Positions 1 through 14,850 of a stretch of 64,000 nt of DNA are shown here, piece by piece (the stretch's first letter is position 1; each line of letters begins with the position of its first letter). Source of the DNA: Eledone cirrhosa (lineage: Eukaryota); the NCBI GenBank assembly GCA_964016885.1, contig OZ024749.1, positions 2,852,001 through 2,916,000 of the forward strand, read 5' to 3'. The notes beneath the pieces are model-generated. The model did not search any database. It worked only from the letters and a program-made list of their open reading frames with translations, and was not told the DNA's origin. A program made the position numbers and the translations under genes.

Positions 1-110
1 CCTCTTATGAAATGACATCTCATGAGTTGAGAAGACCGCTACAGTGTTGCAAGCCCTAACATCTATCACAGCACTTCCTTTGAAATATTTCATGTCTTAG
101 ACAATATATA

Positions 111-217
111 TACAGGGTGTCCCCGCCAAAATATATACACACTTTGATTACCTATACAGACAATATTTCTTAGAATGTTGTTGAAGTGTGTAAACACGTT
201 TTGGGGGTAGCTCTGTA
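111..217. mobile_element. Small Tc1/mariner-type MITE remnant
   Basis: Imperfect terminal inverted repeats TACAGGGTGTCCCC..AAAATATATACACACTT and AAGTGTGTAAACACGTTTTGGGGGTAGCTCTGTA with TA at both ends. CAGGGTG termini are typical of Tc1/mariner. Confidence 0.6.
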
Positions 218-499
218 TAATATACAGTGTGTACTATATAATCTGCCGGAGAAATTATCAGATAACTTATTAAATGAATGTTTAAGTGATTACGTCATCC
301 ACAATCTGGTGTGTGTGTGTGTGGGGGGGGGGGGTCAATCACACGCTATGTGTGTCTTTATCATAGAGCCTCATGTGGTCCTATATCCTTTCAGAGAAAT
401 TGGGTAGATAGAAACTGTGTGGAAAGGCTTTGAATTGACTGTACCTATAATGAAGTAATCATACATTCCCTCATATTCTGTCAGAGCAAATCGCTTTGG

Positions 500-570
500 G
501 GATTATGTTAAGAGTACACGTGTCTGTGGAATACAGAACCACTTAGACATTAATTCACCTCGTGCAATGT
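500..570 (-). mobile_element. Degraded interspersed repeat (SINE-like) fragment
   Basis: Reverse complement resembles 10520-10590 (GAAATTAACG...CTGAG.ATTCCA.AG), so there are two diverged copies in the window. Confidence 0.4.
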
Positions 571-625
571 CCCTCTATATAACACAAATAAACATGATAA
601 TTGTTGCACATAAGGCCTTATATTA

Positions 626-768
626 GGCGGTGAATGTGATAGAGTCGTTATGTAGTTCAAGTATAATTGTTACTGTAATAGGTCTGGTTCTCCTCAATCT
701 CAGTTCCAATCCTCCCGTAGTCATCTATGTCTTTTATCTTTCGAAGGTCGATAAATGAAGTTCTAGCC
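626..768 (+). mobile_element. Highly degraded copy of SINE family S1
   Basis: GGCGGTGAA start and TCTTTCGAAGGTCGATAAATGAAGT match the S1 consensus seen in intact copies (CCTTTCATCCTTACGGGGTCGATAAAATAAAGTACCAG). Confidence 0.5.
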
Positions 769-1325
769 TAACATTGATGACGCTTAATCACATTTTTCTC
801 TTTCTATCTTTACTATTTCTATATCATTCTTTCTCTCTCTATCCTTGATTCCTATGTCTTTACCCCTCTCTCTGACTCTCTCTCACTCACACCACCCATC
901 TGTCTTTCTTCATCTTTCTCTCTTTCTATCACCCTCCACCTAACTTTCTCTCTCTCTTTCTATCCCCCTCCACCTAACTCTCTCTCTATATATAATATAT
1001 ACGATATATATATAATATATACGATATATACGCATGCAAGCAGATACACATTTACAAACACACACACCCACCCACACACATACATACACAGATACACAGA
1101 CCTATGCAAATATAAGAGTACGTGAGTGTTTGGTACCTGAATTTGTTAAGACGGTGATGATGAAATAGATGACTATATATAGACCTGGCTAACTCTGTTG
1201 TCATTGGGTACCTTCCTCGTCTGTCAAGTTGTGTTCTTCTCTAAAGTACAGGACGGATTTCTTCCAGACAAAGAAAGAATGAGTGAGAGAAAGAGAGAGA
1301 GAGAGTTAGGCGGAGGGGGAGAGAA

Positions 1326-1378
<53 letters not shown>

Positions 1379-1409
1379 TACATATATATATGAAACGATA
1401 TATATATAT

Positions 1410-1585
1410 ATGAAACGATATGGTGAATCCATACGTGCATATATATATGTGTGCATGTATGTATATATATATATATATACATACTACTGTACGTCGGTAT
1501 ACATATATGTATGTACGTGTACATAGTTATATTTAAGTAACAGCCGTACTAAGAGTGGGAAATGAAATATTGTTTCATTTTTTCC

Positions 1586-1656
<71 letters not shown>

Positions 1657-1801
1657 TATATATATATATATATATGCATATATATATAAGTTGAAATAAA
1701 ATGAAAACGAATTTCATTTCTCACTCTTAGTACGGCACTTACTTAAATGTAAGTATGTGTGTATACGTACATACATATATGTATACAGACGTACAGTAGC
1801 A

Positions 1802-1865
<64 letters not shown>

Positions 1866-2305
1866 TATACATACAGGTACACATACATATATGCACGTAT
1901 CAGTTTAGCGGACGCTTATTATAACGCCGCTTTGTTCGTTTGTAAACAAACTGAACAGCCTGAATTTTTATGCCGTACGGTGTTAAGGCAACCACGTCAC
2001 CTTTTTGTTCAACACTGACACAGGAACGATGTACTAGTTTCAAGCCTGTCAGCCATCATCAGCACCGTATACCCATCTGCCAGATAGTTGAACGTGCGAA
2101 AGTATATACTTTCCTTATGAAAAATAACGGCTGAGCAGCCTAATTTGCATATCGAGTGAGCTAAGTCGGCCAGGCATACCGAAAACCATAAGTTTAAATA
2201 AAATGCACACATATATATATATATATATATATATGCATGATACTGTACGTCTGTATACATATATGTATGTACGTTATATGTATGTACGTATACACACATA
2301 CTTAC
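1410..2305. repeat. Family C (428-bp HHR repeat) cluster: partial + copy 1410-1590, full - copy ~1700-2200, partial + copy ~2205-2305
   Basis: Clear similarity to 23458-24665, e.g. ATTTCATTTCTCACTCTTAGTACGGC and GGCTGAGCAGCCTAATTTGCATATCGAG. Copies are separated by (TA)n. Confidence 0.85.
2026..2068 (-). ncRNA. Type I hammerhead ribozyme, family C, intact core
   Basis: Minus strand reads ACGGTG-CTGATGA-TGGCT GACA GGCTT-GAAA-CTAG-TA-CATCGT. Stem I is ACGGTG/CATCGT and the cleavage triplet is GUA. Confidence 0.8.
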
Positions 2306-2333
2306 ATATATATATATATATATATATATATGC

Positions 2334-2451
<118 letters not shown>

Positions 2452-2507
2452 TACTCTTTTACCTGTTTCAGCCATCCGGCTGAGGCCATGCTGGGGCACC
2501 GCCCTTG
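2452..2507 (-). mobile_element. 5'-truncated SINE 3' end (family S3)
   Basis: TACTCTTTTACCTGTTTCAGCCAT..GAGGCCATGCTGGGGCACCGCC, with a second copy at 44578-44642. Resembles a common octopus SINE tail, from recall. Confidence 0.6.
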
Positions 2508-4464
<1,957 letters not shown>

Positions 4465-5618
4465 GCACACGCATGTATATAGTCTGCCTCGCTCTCTATG
4501 TGTATGCGTGTGTGTGTGTGCGGGGGGGGGGGGGGTATGCGTGTGTCTATGTATTTGTGAGAGTATTTGTGTGTGTGATTGGAATAACCATATAGTGGAC
4601 TATCACATAATAATCAATCATTTACAATCAGTTAATGTGCTATCGAAGTCAGCAGAAACGAAATGTATTCAAGATATTCGAATCTGTTGATTAGAAATGA
4701 AAGGCTTTTTATTCGTTTGATTCTATGAAACAATAGATATTTTCATTGTTACCTCCCTTTGTAACTTCCCTTTTGTCTTGAATATCTCCGACCAATTAAT
4801 TGTATAGGAAGGTTTAATGAAGTGCAAACGGGAATCAAACAGATTCTGATGCATCGGATTACAATGAGAACAGAAGAACCGTGATCGGTCATACAAATTT
4901 CTATCGCTGGACCTTATGTATATTTTCCGTTGATGTAGATATTTCTTAATGTGATTCCACTCATAGCCACAGGCGTTGCCGTTGTCGTCTAATGACGTAA
5001 ATACACAATATTGGTTGTATGTTAGCCGAGTTGGTTACTTAGCAATTTCCCATCTATCTATTCACCCCACCATGACCCCTCCTCCTCCTTAACAACCAGC
5101 CAATGTTAATTATTCGCTCATGAATAAGCATTATCGCTACAGAATATCATTTTTCTATCATATTTTCATGTGCTAGGAGTCACTTCCCTGCATGCCTCAC
5201 TTGCCGTGTCTTTGTATGTCGACTAAATTTCTTACGATTGTATTTTTTTGTTGTTGTTATGTTACTTATTTGCTACGGGTAAAATTTGAATATGGTAAAC
5301 TTTTGATGAAACGTTTGGTAGCCGTGATCCTTCCGTCTATTTTTAGGGGTTTCCTGCTTCTACATTACCCCACACCAGTTTCTCTGCTTCAGAGAGACTG
5401 TTTTCTATGGATGACATTTATGCTGCTATGTTATCAGTTAGCAGACTGTACAATCGAGTCTCCCTTGCTGTCACCTGTATCATGATACCAAACAGACGTA
5501 TGTTTAGCTACCATAAAGAGAATCAGGAACAGAGCTTATCGTCTTTATATTCCCATTGATATTAGTACTATTAGACATCATTTCAAGTTCGCTTACTCTA
5601 GCAAATGTTGGGATATAT

Positions 5619-7144
5619 AATAATAATAATAATAATAATAATTGTTTCTACGTTTGGCACAAGGCCAGCAATTATCGCAGTGCATTACTGGTACTTTATT
5701 TTATCGACCCCGTAAGGATGAAAGGCAAAGTTAACCTCAGCGGGATTTGTACTCAGACCATAAAGAGCCATAAGTCATGTTTTGCTGCAAAACATGGCGT
5801 CCGACCATCTACCGATAATAATGTATGCGCATAAGCCAGTGTCGGTGATAGAAAACGACCAAGTGAAGGTGCTATGGGATTTTAGGATACAGACGGACAA
5901 GAAATTAGAACACAACAGGCCTGACCTGACGGTTTTTGACAAGGAAAAAAGATTGTGCCTGATTGTAGATGTAGCCTGCCCATTTGACAGGAGAGTGCAA
6001 GAAAAGAAAAGGGAGAAAATTAACCGATACCAGGATTTAAAGTGGGAGATAAAAAGGATTTGGGACTGTTATGAGATCAAGGTCATCCCGATTGTCATAG
6101 GAGCGCTAAATAATATCTTGAAGATAGGCATTTTTGGTAGGAACTTCAAGAATCCTCTGATACGTCCTGAATATCTGAGGTGCAGGTAGAGGCTTGATGT
6201 TCATTTGAACAAACTTTCTAGTTAAATAACATCAATGACTGAGACTCCGAGAAAATAATAATAATAATGATTTCTACTTTAGGCACAAGGCCAGGTAGTT
6301 TGTGAGGAGGAGAAAGTCGATTAAATCGACCCTAGTGTGTTACTGGTACTTTATTTTAAAGACCCCCGTAATGATGAAAGGCAAAGCTAACCTTGGCGGG
6401 ATTTGTACTCAGAACATAAAGGGTCTTAACTCTATGCGACGAAGCATGGTGTCCGACGCTCTACCGGTTCTGCCAATCTACCACCCCTTTAATAATAATG
6501 GTTTCTTATATAGGCACAAGGCCAGTAATTTGGGTGGAGGGGAAAGTCGATTAAACCGACCCCAGTGCGTGACTGGTACTTTATTTTATCTACCCCATGA
6601 AGGATGAAAGGCAAAGTTAACATCGGCGGGATTTGAGCTCAGATCATAAAGAGCCATAACTCTATGCTGCAAAGCATGGCGTCCGACCCTCTACCGATAC
6701 TGCCAATCCACCGCCCTCATAATAAGAATGCTTCTACTTTGGGCACAAGGCCAGCAATTAAACCAATGCATTACTGGTACTTTATTTTGTCGTCCCTGTA
6801 AGGATGAACGGCAAAGTTAACTTCGGCGGGATTTGAACTCAGAACGTAAAGGGTCATACCAATGTTGTAAAGCATGCTGTCTGACACACTACCGATACTG
6901 CCAAATCAAATAATAATAATAATGATAATAATAATAATAATAATAATAATAATTGCTTCTACTTTTGGAACAAGGCCAGCAATTTACCAGTGTATTACTG
7001 GTACTTTATTTTATCGACCCCCGTAAGGATGAAAGGCAAAGTTAACCTCGGCGGGATTTGAACTCAGAATGGCAAGAGCCGTAACTCTATGCGTCAAAGC
7101 CTTGCGCCCGACCCTCTACCGATACTGCCAATCCATTAATAATG

Positions 7145-7179
<35 letters not shown>

Positions 7180-7320
7180 TGTTTCTAGTTTTGGCACAAG
7201 GCCAGCAATTATCCAGTATATTACTGGTACTTTATTTTATCGAACCCGTAAGGATGAAAGGCAAAGTTAACCTCGGCGGGATTTGAACTCAGAATGGCAA
7301 TAATAATAATAATAATAATA
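5619..7320 (-). mobile_element. Tandem array of six S1 tRNA-derived SINEs (~5642-5815, 6270-6488, 6500-6716, 6730-6903, 6952-7135, 7178-7300) separated by (AAT)n
   Basis: Repeated GGCACAAGGCCAGCAATT..ACTGGTACTTTATTTTATCGACCCCGTAAGGATGAAAGGCAAAGTTAACCTCGGCGGGATTTGAACTCAG. The minus strand has an A-box-like TGGCAGTATCGG and a B-box GAGTTCAAATCC. Confidence 0.9.
5822..6268 (+). mobile_element. 3' fragment of an R4/Dong-type non-LTR retrotransposon (restriction-like endonuclease domain) with (AAT)n tail
   Basis: ORF 5782-6189 contains ENDQVKVLWDFRIQTDKKLEHNRPDLTVFDK..CLIVDVACPFD..KINRYQDLKWEIKRIW..VIPIVIGAL, the PD-(D/E)xK motif set of R4/Dong elements. Confidence 0.8.
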
Positions 7321-8959
7321 TTTGTCGTTTAGATATTCTTGTCATTTTGTAATAAGGTAAATCTCCCCCTTTGTTAAACACGTCACATTGTTTAACTCCT
7401 GGCTCTCGAAGGCTTTTGTCAGATTCCTTTTTGATGCAAGCATTCGTGTCAGGTCACCTGTTTCGGAATAATTTCCTTCCACCTTCTAGCCAGTCCTATA
7501 TGTTCTCTGTCCTGTCTCCCCACCTAGTGATAAAAAGAAATATAATTCATACATTTATTATATATATATATATTTGTATCATCAATTAAGGTTCAACTCT
7601 TCCTTGTGGAATTTTCGATCTTATTTCTTACAGTGTTCGTGATACTTATTCCGTTCGATGTCAACAACTATTGGGTTTATATATCGCAAGCAGAAAGGAT
7701 AAATCGTGTCTTTGTGTTAACTTATGAATTTAAATTCCAAAATGCTGTCATTCAACTTATAGCTCTTATAAACAGGTTTTGATTTCAAAGTATTCTTACA
7801 TTATCGACGTTTAGATTACCAATCTATCTCTCATAGGAACCAACGTCTTTGATTTCAGCGAAAATGCCCATGGTAACTAATGGAGGTATACCCGAAACCA
7901 TAAAGCGCCTCCTGTAACATTACTTCCCAGTTTAACTTTCAGCAGTTAGCATATTACCTTTTATCGCACCACATTTGTAATGAAACATTACTTTAATGTA
8001 ATAATTGTATTCGATTGAACGACAGATGAACACGTATACGGAAATTACACTTCAGCCTAGTTTTTATCACACCGGTATTTGAAATGAACCATTAATGTAA
8101 TGAAATAACTATGTTAGATTCAAATACTTATGCACTCTTATGCAGACTTTATACTTCTACCTAGTCAGGAAATATATATGCGAACAATTTCCTGTCTGGC
8201 TAGCTTCAAAGTGTTGTCATAAGAGACATTTATATCTGGGCATAACTACAAAGTGTGCTGCAAGATGGCTGTCCTTGTCTCAACAATCTCGTTTCGATTA
8301 ATCGACGAAACAATTTTATTTGATTTCCATCCTCAATTATATTCAGATAAGAATGTATGTCTCAGAATTGTTTTCAATATATCCTTAAATAACGCGTGAG
8401 CCATTTTAGCTTCGTCGAAGGAAATAAATACTAAGTATGTACTACAAAGCAAATAATAAGACGTTTGAATGCCGTGGAAAGAAGGAATAAATATATGATA
8501 TTATTTATATTTGTGATTGTGTTCACAGAGTTCCGTCCCTTGTTAGAAGATTAGGCAATACAAAATTCCCATTAGGAGATTGATATTCTGGATGCAGAAC
8601 GATTTAATCCTGTCGTAGAAATGTAGGGGATTTATGCTTCCAAACTTTACATAGAAAACTAAGCGTTTAATAGTGATTAAATACGACATAACTGTCCATC
8701 TATCTACTGTCTATCTATATGTATGTAAGTATGTATGTATCTATGTATGTATGCATTGATGTAAGTATGTACACGCACACGCACAAACACTCACGCACAA
8801 ACACACAAACAACACACACACACACACACATATATATATTACACAGATGCTAGCTTATTCAAGAACATGGCAATGAAACAGCACTAAAGGCAATTGTTTG
8901 TTACAAATTTACTCGCCGATTCCGAGACATCCAGAGAAGCTCCATTAAACAGAAAACTG

Positions 8960-9330
8960 ATATCATCATCATCATCATCATCATCCAGCCTCAACCGAAA
9001 TGGACTCAACAATTAATCTCCACGAGGGTCTTCTTTCATTGCCGTTGCCAAGTCCTGGATTTCAACACCAAATTCTATGGAGATGACATCGGGGTAGGAG
9101 AGATTCCGCCCCCTGTTATCAGTGACTGCTTGTGGTTTTCAAAGTACTAATGAGGACACAGCCTCAGAGGTGGCACAATGGCCAGCAAATCTTACTTTAC
9201 TTTTACGTACAACGACAGATATGCGTGGGAGGCCGGCATGTATCTCTCTCAAAGGCAGATGTCGCCAGCTTATGTTCTGAGTACGCTGCGGCAGGCGTGA
9301 GTACGGTGCCATCAAGGTGCTTTTGTTGAT
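8960..9330 (-). mobile_element. 3' end of an RTE-group LINE, degenerate, with (GAT)n tail
   Basis: Minus-strand translation PRISVVVRKSKVRFAGHC..SSLVL..RGRNLSYPDVI resembles an RTE/RTEX C-terminus. (ATC)n run at ~8960-8984. Confidence 0.6.
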
Positions 9331-9989
9331 ATAAACCCACATTCACTAGTAAAACACGGCAGCACATACAAATAGCATAGAAATATTTTCATAATATATT
9401 CTCCTAAACTACGGCAGCGAGATTCCAGAATCGTTAGGAAATCGGATTAAAAATGCCTGGAAATTGCGCTCAAAGTTCAAATTCCGCTGAAGTCGCACTT
9501 GACTCTCATTGGTTTGGTATTTATAAAGAATCAGTTCAGTGTTGGGTCAATTCTCTCCTCTATGTCTCTTTATGTTTCTCTCTCTCACTCTCTCGTCTCA
9601 CTCAAACACTCTCTCTCTCCTCTCCCTCCCTTTCTGTCTCTGTAAGAAATAAACTATGATCTGGAAAGGAATTATTTCCATCAAGTGTTAACTGCCGAGG
9701 AGATCCTTACGCCACCACCAGCAGTAAAAGGCTCTTTCCTAACTATCTAAATTACATTCGCAAATTCTGGCGGTTGACTTCATTAGAAAACATAAAGCAA
9801 ATTGGAACTACAGAGGAGTTTAATGTGTTTGATTCCAGATTTCCGCTTCGGAACGTATCTCGCAAGACCCAGTGTGGTCAGTTTGACCTATATCGCTATA
9901 AAACATACTAGATGAGAAATAAGAGAAATATTCAAAGACTTAGCTTATCCCCGAGTCCGTGTATAGTCAATATTATTTTTGGAGACATA

Positions 9990-10171
9990 GGGCGATGAAT
10001 TGGCAGTATCGGTAGCGGGTTGGCCATGCTTTCCAGCATAGTTACGTCCCTTTGAGATCTGAGTTCAAATCCCGCCGAGGTTAACTTTGCCTTTCATCCA
10101 TACGGGGTCGATAAAATAAAGTACCAGTAATGTACTGGGTATTCGCTGGCCTTGTGCCAAAAATAGAAACA
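9990..10171 (+). mobile_element. S1 SINE with imperfect target-site duplication
   Basis: Full S1 body flanked by ATTATTTTTGGAGACATA (9972-9989) and ATTATTTGTGAGACATA (10172-10188). Confidence 0.9.
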
Positions 10172-10424
10172 ATTATTTGTGAGACATAACATCATTTAGT
10201 TCTGCCACAAACTGAGAACACTTTTCTAGAGATATACACAAAATATACACTCTTAATTATCTAAAAATGTTGTATATATAAAACACTCTATATACATACA
10301 GACACACGCACGTGCAGACACGTGCACAGCAAGCACCGACATACAAACACGTCCCCATACACATAAACACAGATGTATAAACACACACAAACACACATAC
10401 AGCCACCCAGCCACACATATACAC

Positions 10425-10470
<46 letters not shown>

Positions 10471-10499
10471 GTGTGTGTGTGTGCATTTATGATGGGAGC

Positions 10500-10640
10500 A
10501 AGTGTTCCATTTTTCGGCTAGCGGAACAGGTTACTCATGAAATTAACGCGTTGTAATTAGCTGAGAATTCCAAAGGTATTGTACGTTTAATGGAACTCTT
10601 TTGGAATATCAGAACAATGTATTGTGTGACAAGGCTGATT
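10500..10640 (+). mobile_element. Degraded interspersed repeat (SINE-like)
   Basis: GGAACAGG..CTCATGAAATTAACGCG..GCTGAGAATTCCA..TGTGTGACAAGGCTG, related to 500-570. Confidence 0.45.
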
Positions 10641-10966
10641 CTTTCACTTGCAATTCCAAACTATCCAACGAGATACCAAATAATTTGTCGATTCCATTTC
10701 AATCACAAAGCATAGGTTCCACCCGAGTCTATGATAGATGGCATTTGGTCAATATGTCACATAGTCGGATTGAAGGAAGCTTCCTAAACATTCCACCAAG
10801 TTTCTTCCACATGTATACGTAAGTACATACATTCACACAAATTCATTCATAAGTACTCATGCAAGTATACATATATATATATAAATGCATATATACATGC
10901 ATGCATAAATACATACATACATACATGCTTACACACACACACATACACACACATACACACACACAT

Positions 10967-11017
<51 letters not shown>

Positions 11018-11096
11018 CACATATACCCCCCCATATATATATATATATAACTATAATTTTGCCTCCCGTGTTTCGTTTGTTTCATTATATATATAC

Positions 11097-11148
<52 letters not shown>

Positions 11149-11689
11149 TGTGTGTATGTACGTATTTATAATCTTAAATGCAATACTTTCTTCGCTATTA
11201 TATCACTATTATACCAACACTCTTTGCCACTCCATTCTGTCATTCCACTATTCCGCTATTCTGTTTCTTATAGCGAACCAACCTTTTATTGATACAGCGA
11301 TGATATGAAAGCAATTCTTTGTGATAATTACAAAATGTTTTACAATATTTCATATGATTTGTCGTGTCTCATCCAACTCCGTTTCTTTAATCGCATCCGA
11401 TACAATCTTGTTAAAACTTTTACTGAATATAGTAATAACAGAATAAATATTTACCTTCTATTCTGCTAGATATTAAAAGCAAACATTAATTTAATCTAGA
11501 ATATAATTATTATAAATTCCTTTACTAATGCTGATAATTACTCCAGAGAAACGGAGACAGCATGATAGATAGAAAGAGAGAGATAATGAGTATGATGAAA
11601 AGAGACGGGAGTTAGTGGCTTTAAGAGAGAGAGAAACGGAGAATAAGAGAGATAGGGAATATGTCGTAAAATATATATATATATTGATC

Positions 11690-11985
11690 TATATAGATTG
11701 ATAGATAGATAGATAGATAGAAACATAGATGAATAAGTGTATCTGGAGGTAGGCAAATATAGAGAGAGAAAGAGAGAGAGAGGGGGGAGAAAGAGATAGA
11801 TAGATAGAGAGAGGGAGAGATAGATAGATAGATAGATAGATAGAAACATAGAAGAATAAGTGTATCGGGAGGTAGGCAAATATAAAGAGAGAGAGGGGGG
11901 AGAAAGAGATAGATAGATAGATAGATAGAAAGAAAAAGAGGGAGAGAGAGGGAGAGATAGATAGATAGATAGAGAGAGAGATTAA
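11690..11985. repeat. (GATA)n/(GA)n compound repeat with a ~120-bp tandem duplication
   Basis: GAAACATAGA.GAATAAGTGTATC.GGAGGTAGGCAAATATA occurs at ~11720 and ~11843. Confidence 0.85.
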
Positions 11986-12337
11986 TTCAAGACAAAATTT
12001 TGACAAATATTTTTCATTGAAATAAATATTGAATTATCGAATAATGACGAAGCTTTAAGATTATGAGATAAAATAGAGAAAGTTTTGTGTGTGTTTTGTG
12101 TATCCGTGTATATGTGTGAGTGTGTGCATGTGTGTGTGAATATATGCTGGTAAGTGCACGTTTGGGTGTACATGTGATATTGAGTGATGTATTGAAACAT
12201 ATTTATAACTGAACGAAGGGGGAAAATATGTAGCAAGGAACTAGAACCTTGTTGCAGAAGAGGATAAAACAAAGACGCCATTTAATAAACCGGTTGTTAA
12301 CACTCATTAAGAGACACAGGTGTAGACATCAGAATCC

Positions 12338-12386
<49 letters not shown>

Positions 12387-12581
12387 AAATATTATAAAAA
12401 GGAATAATAGATACTATATACCTAATTTTTTCTATAGTCCCGACTGTACAGTTTCGCTGGTCACTATGCAAAAATGTTATATCATAGATATGTAACATAC
12501 TTGTGAAAGATATATGTTTATATATACATGTATATGTATGTATACACATCTATTTGTATACCTCTCATTATATATATGTAT

Positions 12582-12805
12582 ATATTGTTATATTTGGGGA
12601 GGGTCATATTTGCGTAATATTGCCAGAATTAATAACAGAACACACTCACTGTTTGGTTGGTTTTCGCTTCTCGCTGTCTTTTATATATATATATCTGCGA
12701 TATGTGTTCTGTTATTAATTCTGGCAATATTACGCAAATATGACCCTCCCCAAATATAACAATATCTGTTTCGACACACGATTTCATATAAAAAACCTCG
12801 CAAAA

Positions 12806-12810
<5 letters not shown>
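12582..12810. repeat. Family E repeat as a divergent inverted duplication (arms 12582-12644 and 12703-12765)
   Basis: ATATTGTTATATTTGGGGAGGGTCATATTTGCGTAATATTGCCAGAATTAATAACAGAACAC is followed by its reverse complement. Related pieces lie at 37620-37858 and 60369-60415. Confidence 0.85.
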
Positions 12811-12884
<74 letters not shown>

Positions 12885-13433
12885 GAAAGGTATAGAAATT
12901 GTTGTATCGAGAAGCTAACAGTATTCCATAACATATATGCGACTATAGCGTCAAAATGGGAAAAATAGTTAACGTAAGATGTGGGAAAAAACTTTTCGGT
13001 GATTGCTGTGTTGGTACATTCTTATATGTGCTTTTTCTCGAATATCGCTTCGGTGTGTGTTGGGGTGTGTGTGTGCCCACCCACGCTAATTGTACGGGTT
13101 TAATACTGTGTTGATGTGTGTGTATATATATGTATTTATTTTTATGTTTATTTTTATTTTTATTTGACCTTGAGCCGATGTATGCGGGTGTGGAGTGTGT
13201 GTGTACCCACTCACTTCTAACTGTGACTGACTGCATCCCTACGGATTTGTTTGATGTCCAGCGTCTTTTTCAGCGATAGAAGTCTGAAAACTTTTATGAC
13301 CGCAATTTAAGCTAATAGCAGTCGCCATGTCTCTGACTGACTGGTGTGTCTCCATATGAGGGAATGAATTATGTGGGAAACATCGTTATATTTTTTTTCT
13401 CCCTCATATCAAGAATTTGAAGACAATTCATTT

Positions 13434-13507
13434 TCACCTGATGAGATCAGTGATAATCGATCGTGGCTTCACAATCGATCTATCTCTTATTGAAACATGT
13501 GTCGTGA
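13434..13507 (+). ncRNA. Type I hammerhead ribozyme
   Basis: TCAC-CTGATGA-[long stem II including ATCGATCGTG GCTT CACAATCGAT]-GAAA-C ATGT G-TC-GTGA, with a GUC triplet. Confidence 0.75.
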
Positions 13508-13695
13508 TTAAATGATTGGAATTTTACCTTGCCTTCGGATTTTCATTTTGATATTTATACTCCGTTTTACATCATCTAGCTGTACCCTCGAATGGAATTG
13601 GAGATATACAAAAGCGTCGAGAAACTTAATATTGCTAACATAAAGTTATTGGACCATTTTACACAATCAATATTGCACCTTACTATATAACAACC

Positions 13696-13752
<57 letters not shown>

Positions 13753-13807
13753 AAATAATTAAGTCAAATTTGTAAAATTTAGCTCCGTTTATTATAGATT
13801 AAAAATT

Positions 13808-13860
13808 ACTGCTATATATATCGGTAACAGCCATCATTGGCTGTGACCTCTTCAGGAAGT
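13808..13860 (-). ncRNA. Degenerate type I hammerhead ribozyme
   Basis: Minus strand: ACTTC-CTGAAGA-GGTCACAGCCA ATGA TGGCTGTTACC-GATA (GAAA mutated)-TATA-TA-GCAGT. Similar to 39672-39730. Confidence 0.6.
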
Positions 13861-14059
13861 CCGAATTGGTGTGGAAAAGACTGGTATACATGTTTTGAAG
13901 TGTATTTTACTCCGTCAATACATCGATATGTCCAGGTCCTGGTTTGGTTGTTAGTCCTCCAAGGAACTGGAATCATATGCGCTAGTACAAACGAATTTCA
14001 TCGTCACAGGACACGCTGCAGTCCTGGGTCAAGAAGAGACCGAGACTGGGTGACTGGCA

Positions 14060-14850
14060 TCTGGAAAGTTGCCAGACACTCACTGCCCTCTACCAGGCGA
14101 GCAATGCTGTCAGTGGAACTTCCAATCTCGAGTTCTATAGAGGATTAATGGTGGGTAAGTGCGACGACGTACTCGGAGAGGCTCTGGGCGTCGACGAAGT
14201 CGAACTAACCAGTCCGTTTCGGAGGACCTTCGAGCCGGGGACGATGGATAATTTCCAAAAATCTCTCGCTTGGCAGTGCTACCGGCATCTCTGACGGTTC
14301 GAGATAAATTCTACAGGCAGGGAAGTGCTGTCAGACGGACCTGCCCAAGATGCGCGCAGAGCGACGAAACGGTTCTGCACGCACTCGTTCAGTGTCCCTG
14401 CATTACTGACGTGTGGAGTTATGTCGAAAAGTTGTTGTCGCGTGTAGAACGGATCCGGCTATCGGCCGAGTCCATAATGAAGATCGACCCGCCGCCTACT
14501 TTTGGCCAGGAAGAGCAGGCAAATTTCCTCTGTCTGATGGACCAGGTTGAAAGGATTGAAGACAGGTACTTTTCTCTTCTGCCAATCCCTCATCAACTTT
14601 TTCAAGTTTCACCTGGAAAGAAAGGAGAGAGTGGAGAGAGAAGTGCTGCCCACAGTACATTTCCTGAAAGGGGGGTGAATGTGGCAAGAATGGCCCGTGT
14701 GAGTGGGCCTACTCTGATCATGAACCTGTAGGTGGGTGAACTTGAGGAGGAGAGGGTGCACTTCCCGGGTGCTCTGGAACCGTCGGGTCGTTCAGGATTG
14801 GTGGGGTACCTGAGTGAACCATGGGTAGTCATCCCCTTATTGCACAAAAC
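14060..14850 (+). mobile_element. 3' fragment of an L1/Tx1-clade LINE (zf-RVT CCHC region), degenerate
   Basis: ORF 14270-14731 contains LTVRDKFYRQG..TCPRCAQSDETVLHALVQCP..VWSYVE, a C-x2-C..H..C knuckle typical of the L1/Tx1 ORF2 C-terminus. Confidence 0.8.

Noticed and set aside
5619-7320. Regular repeat array that could suggest CRISPR
   Set aside because: The units are ~180-220-bp SINEs with Pol III boxes. There are no unique spacers or cas genes, and the context is eukaryotic.
7800-7925. Possible minus-strand exon after TGTTACAG
   Set aside because: All three frames hit stops within about 30 codons, and I recognise no protein motif.
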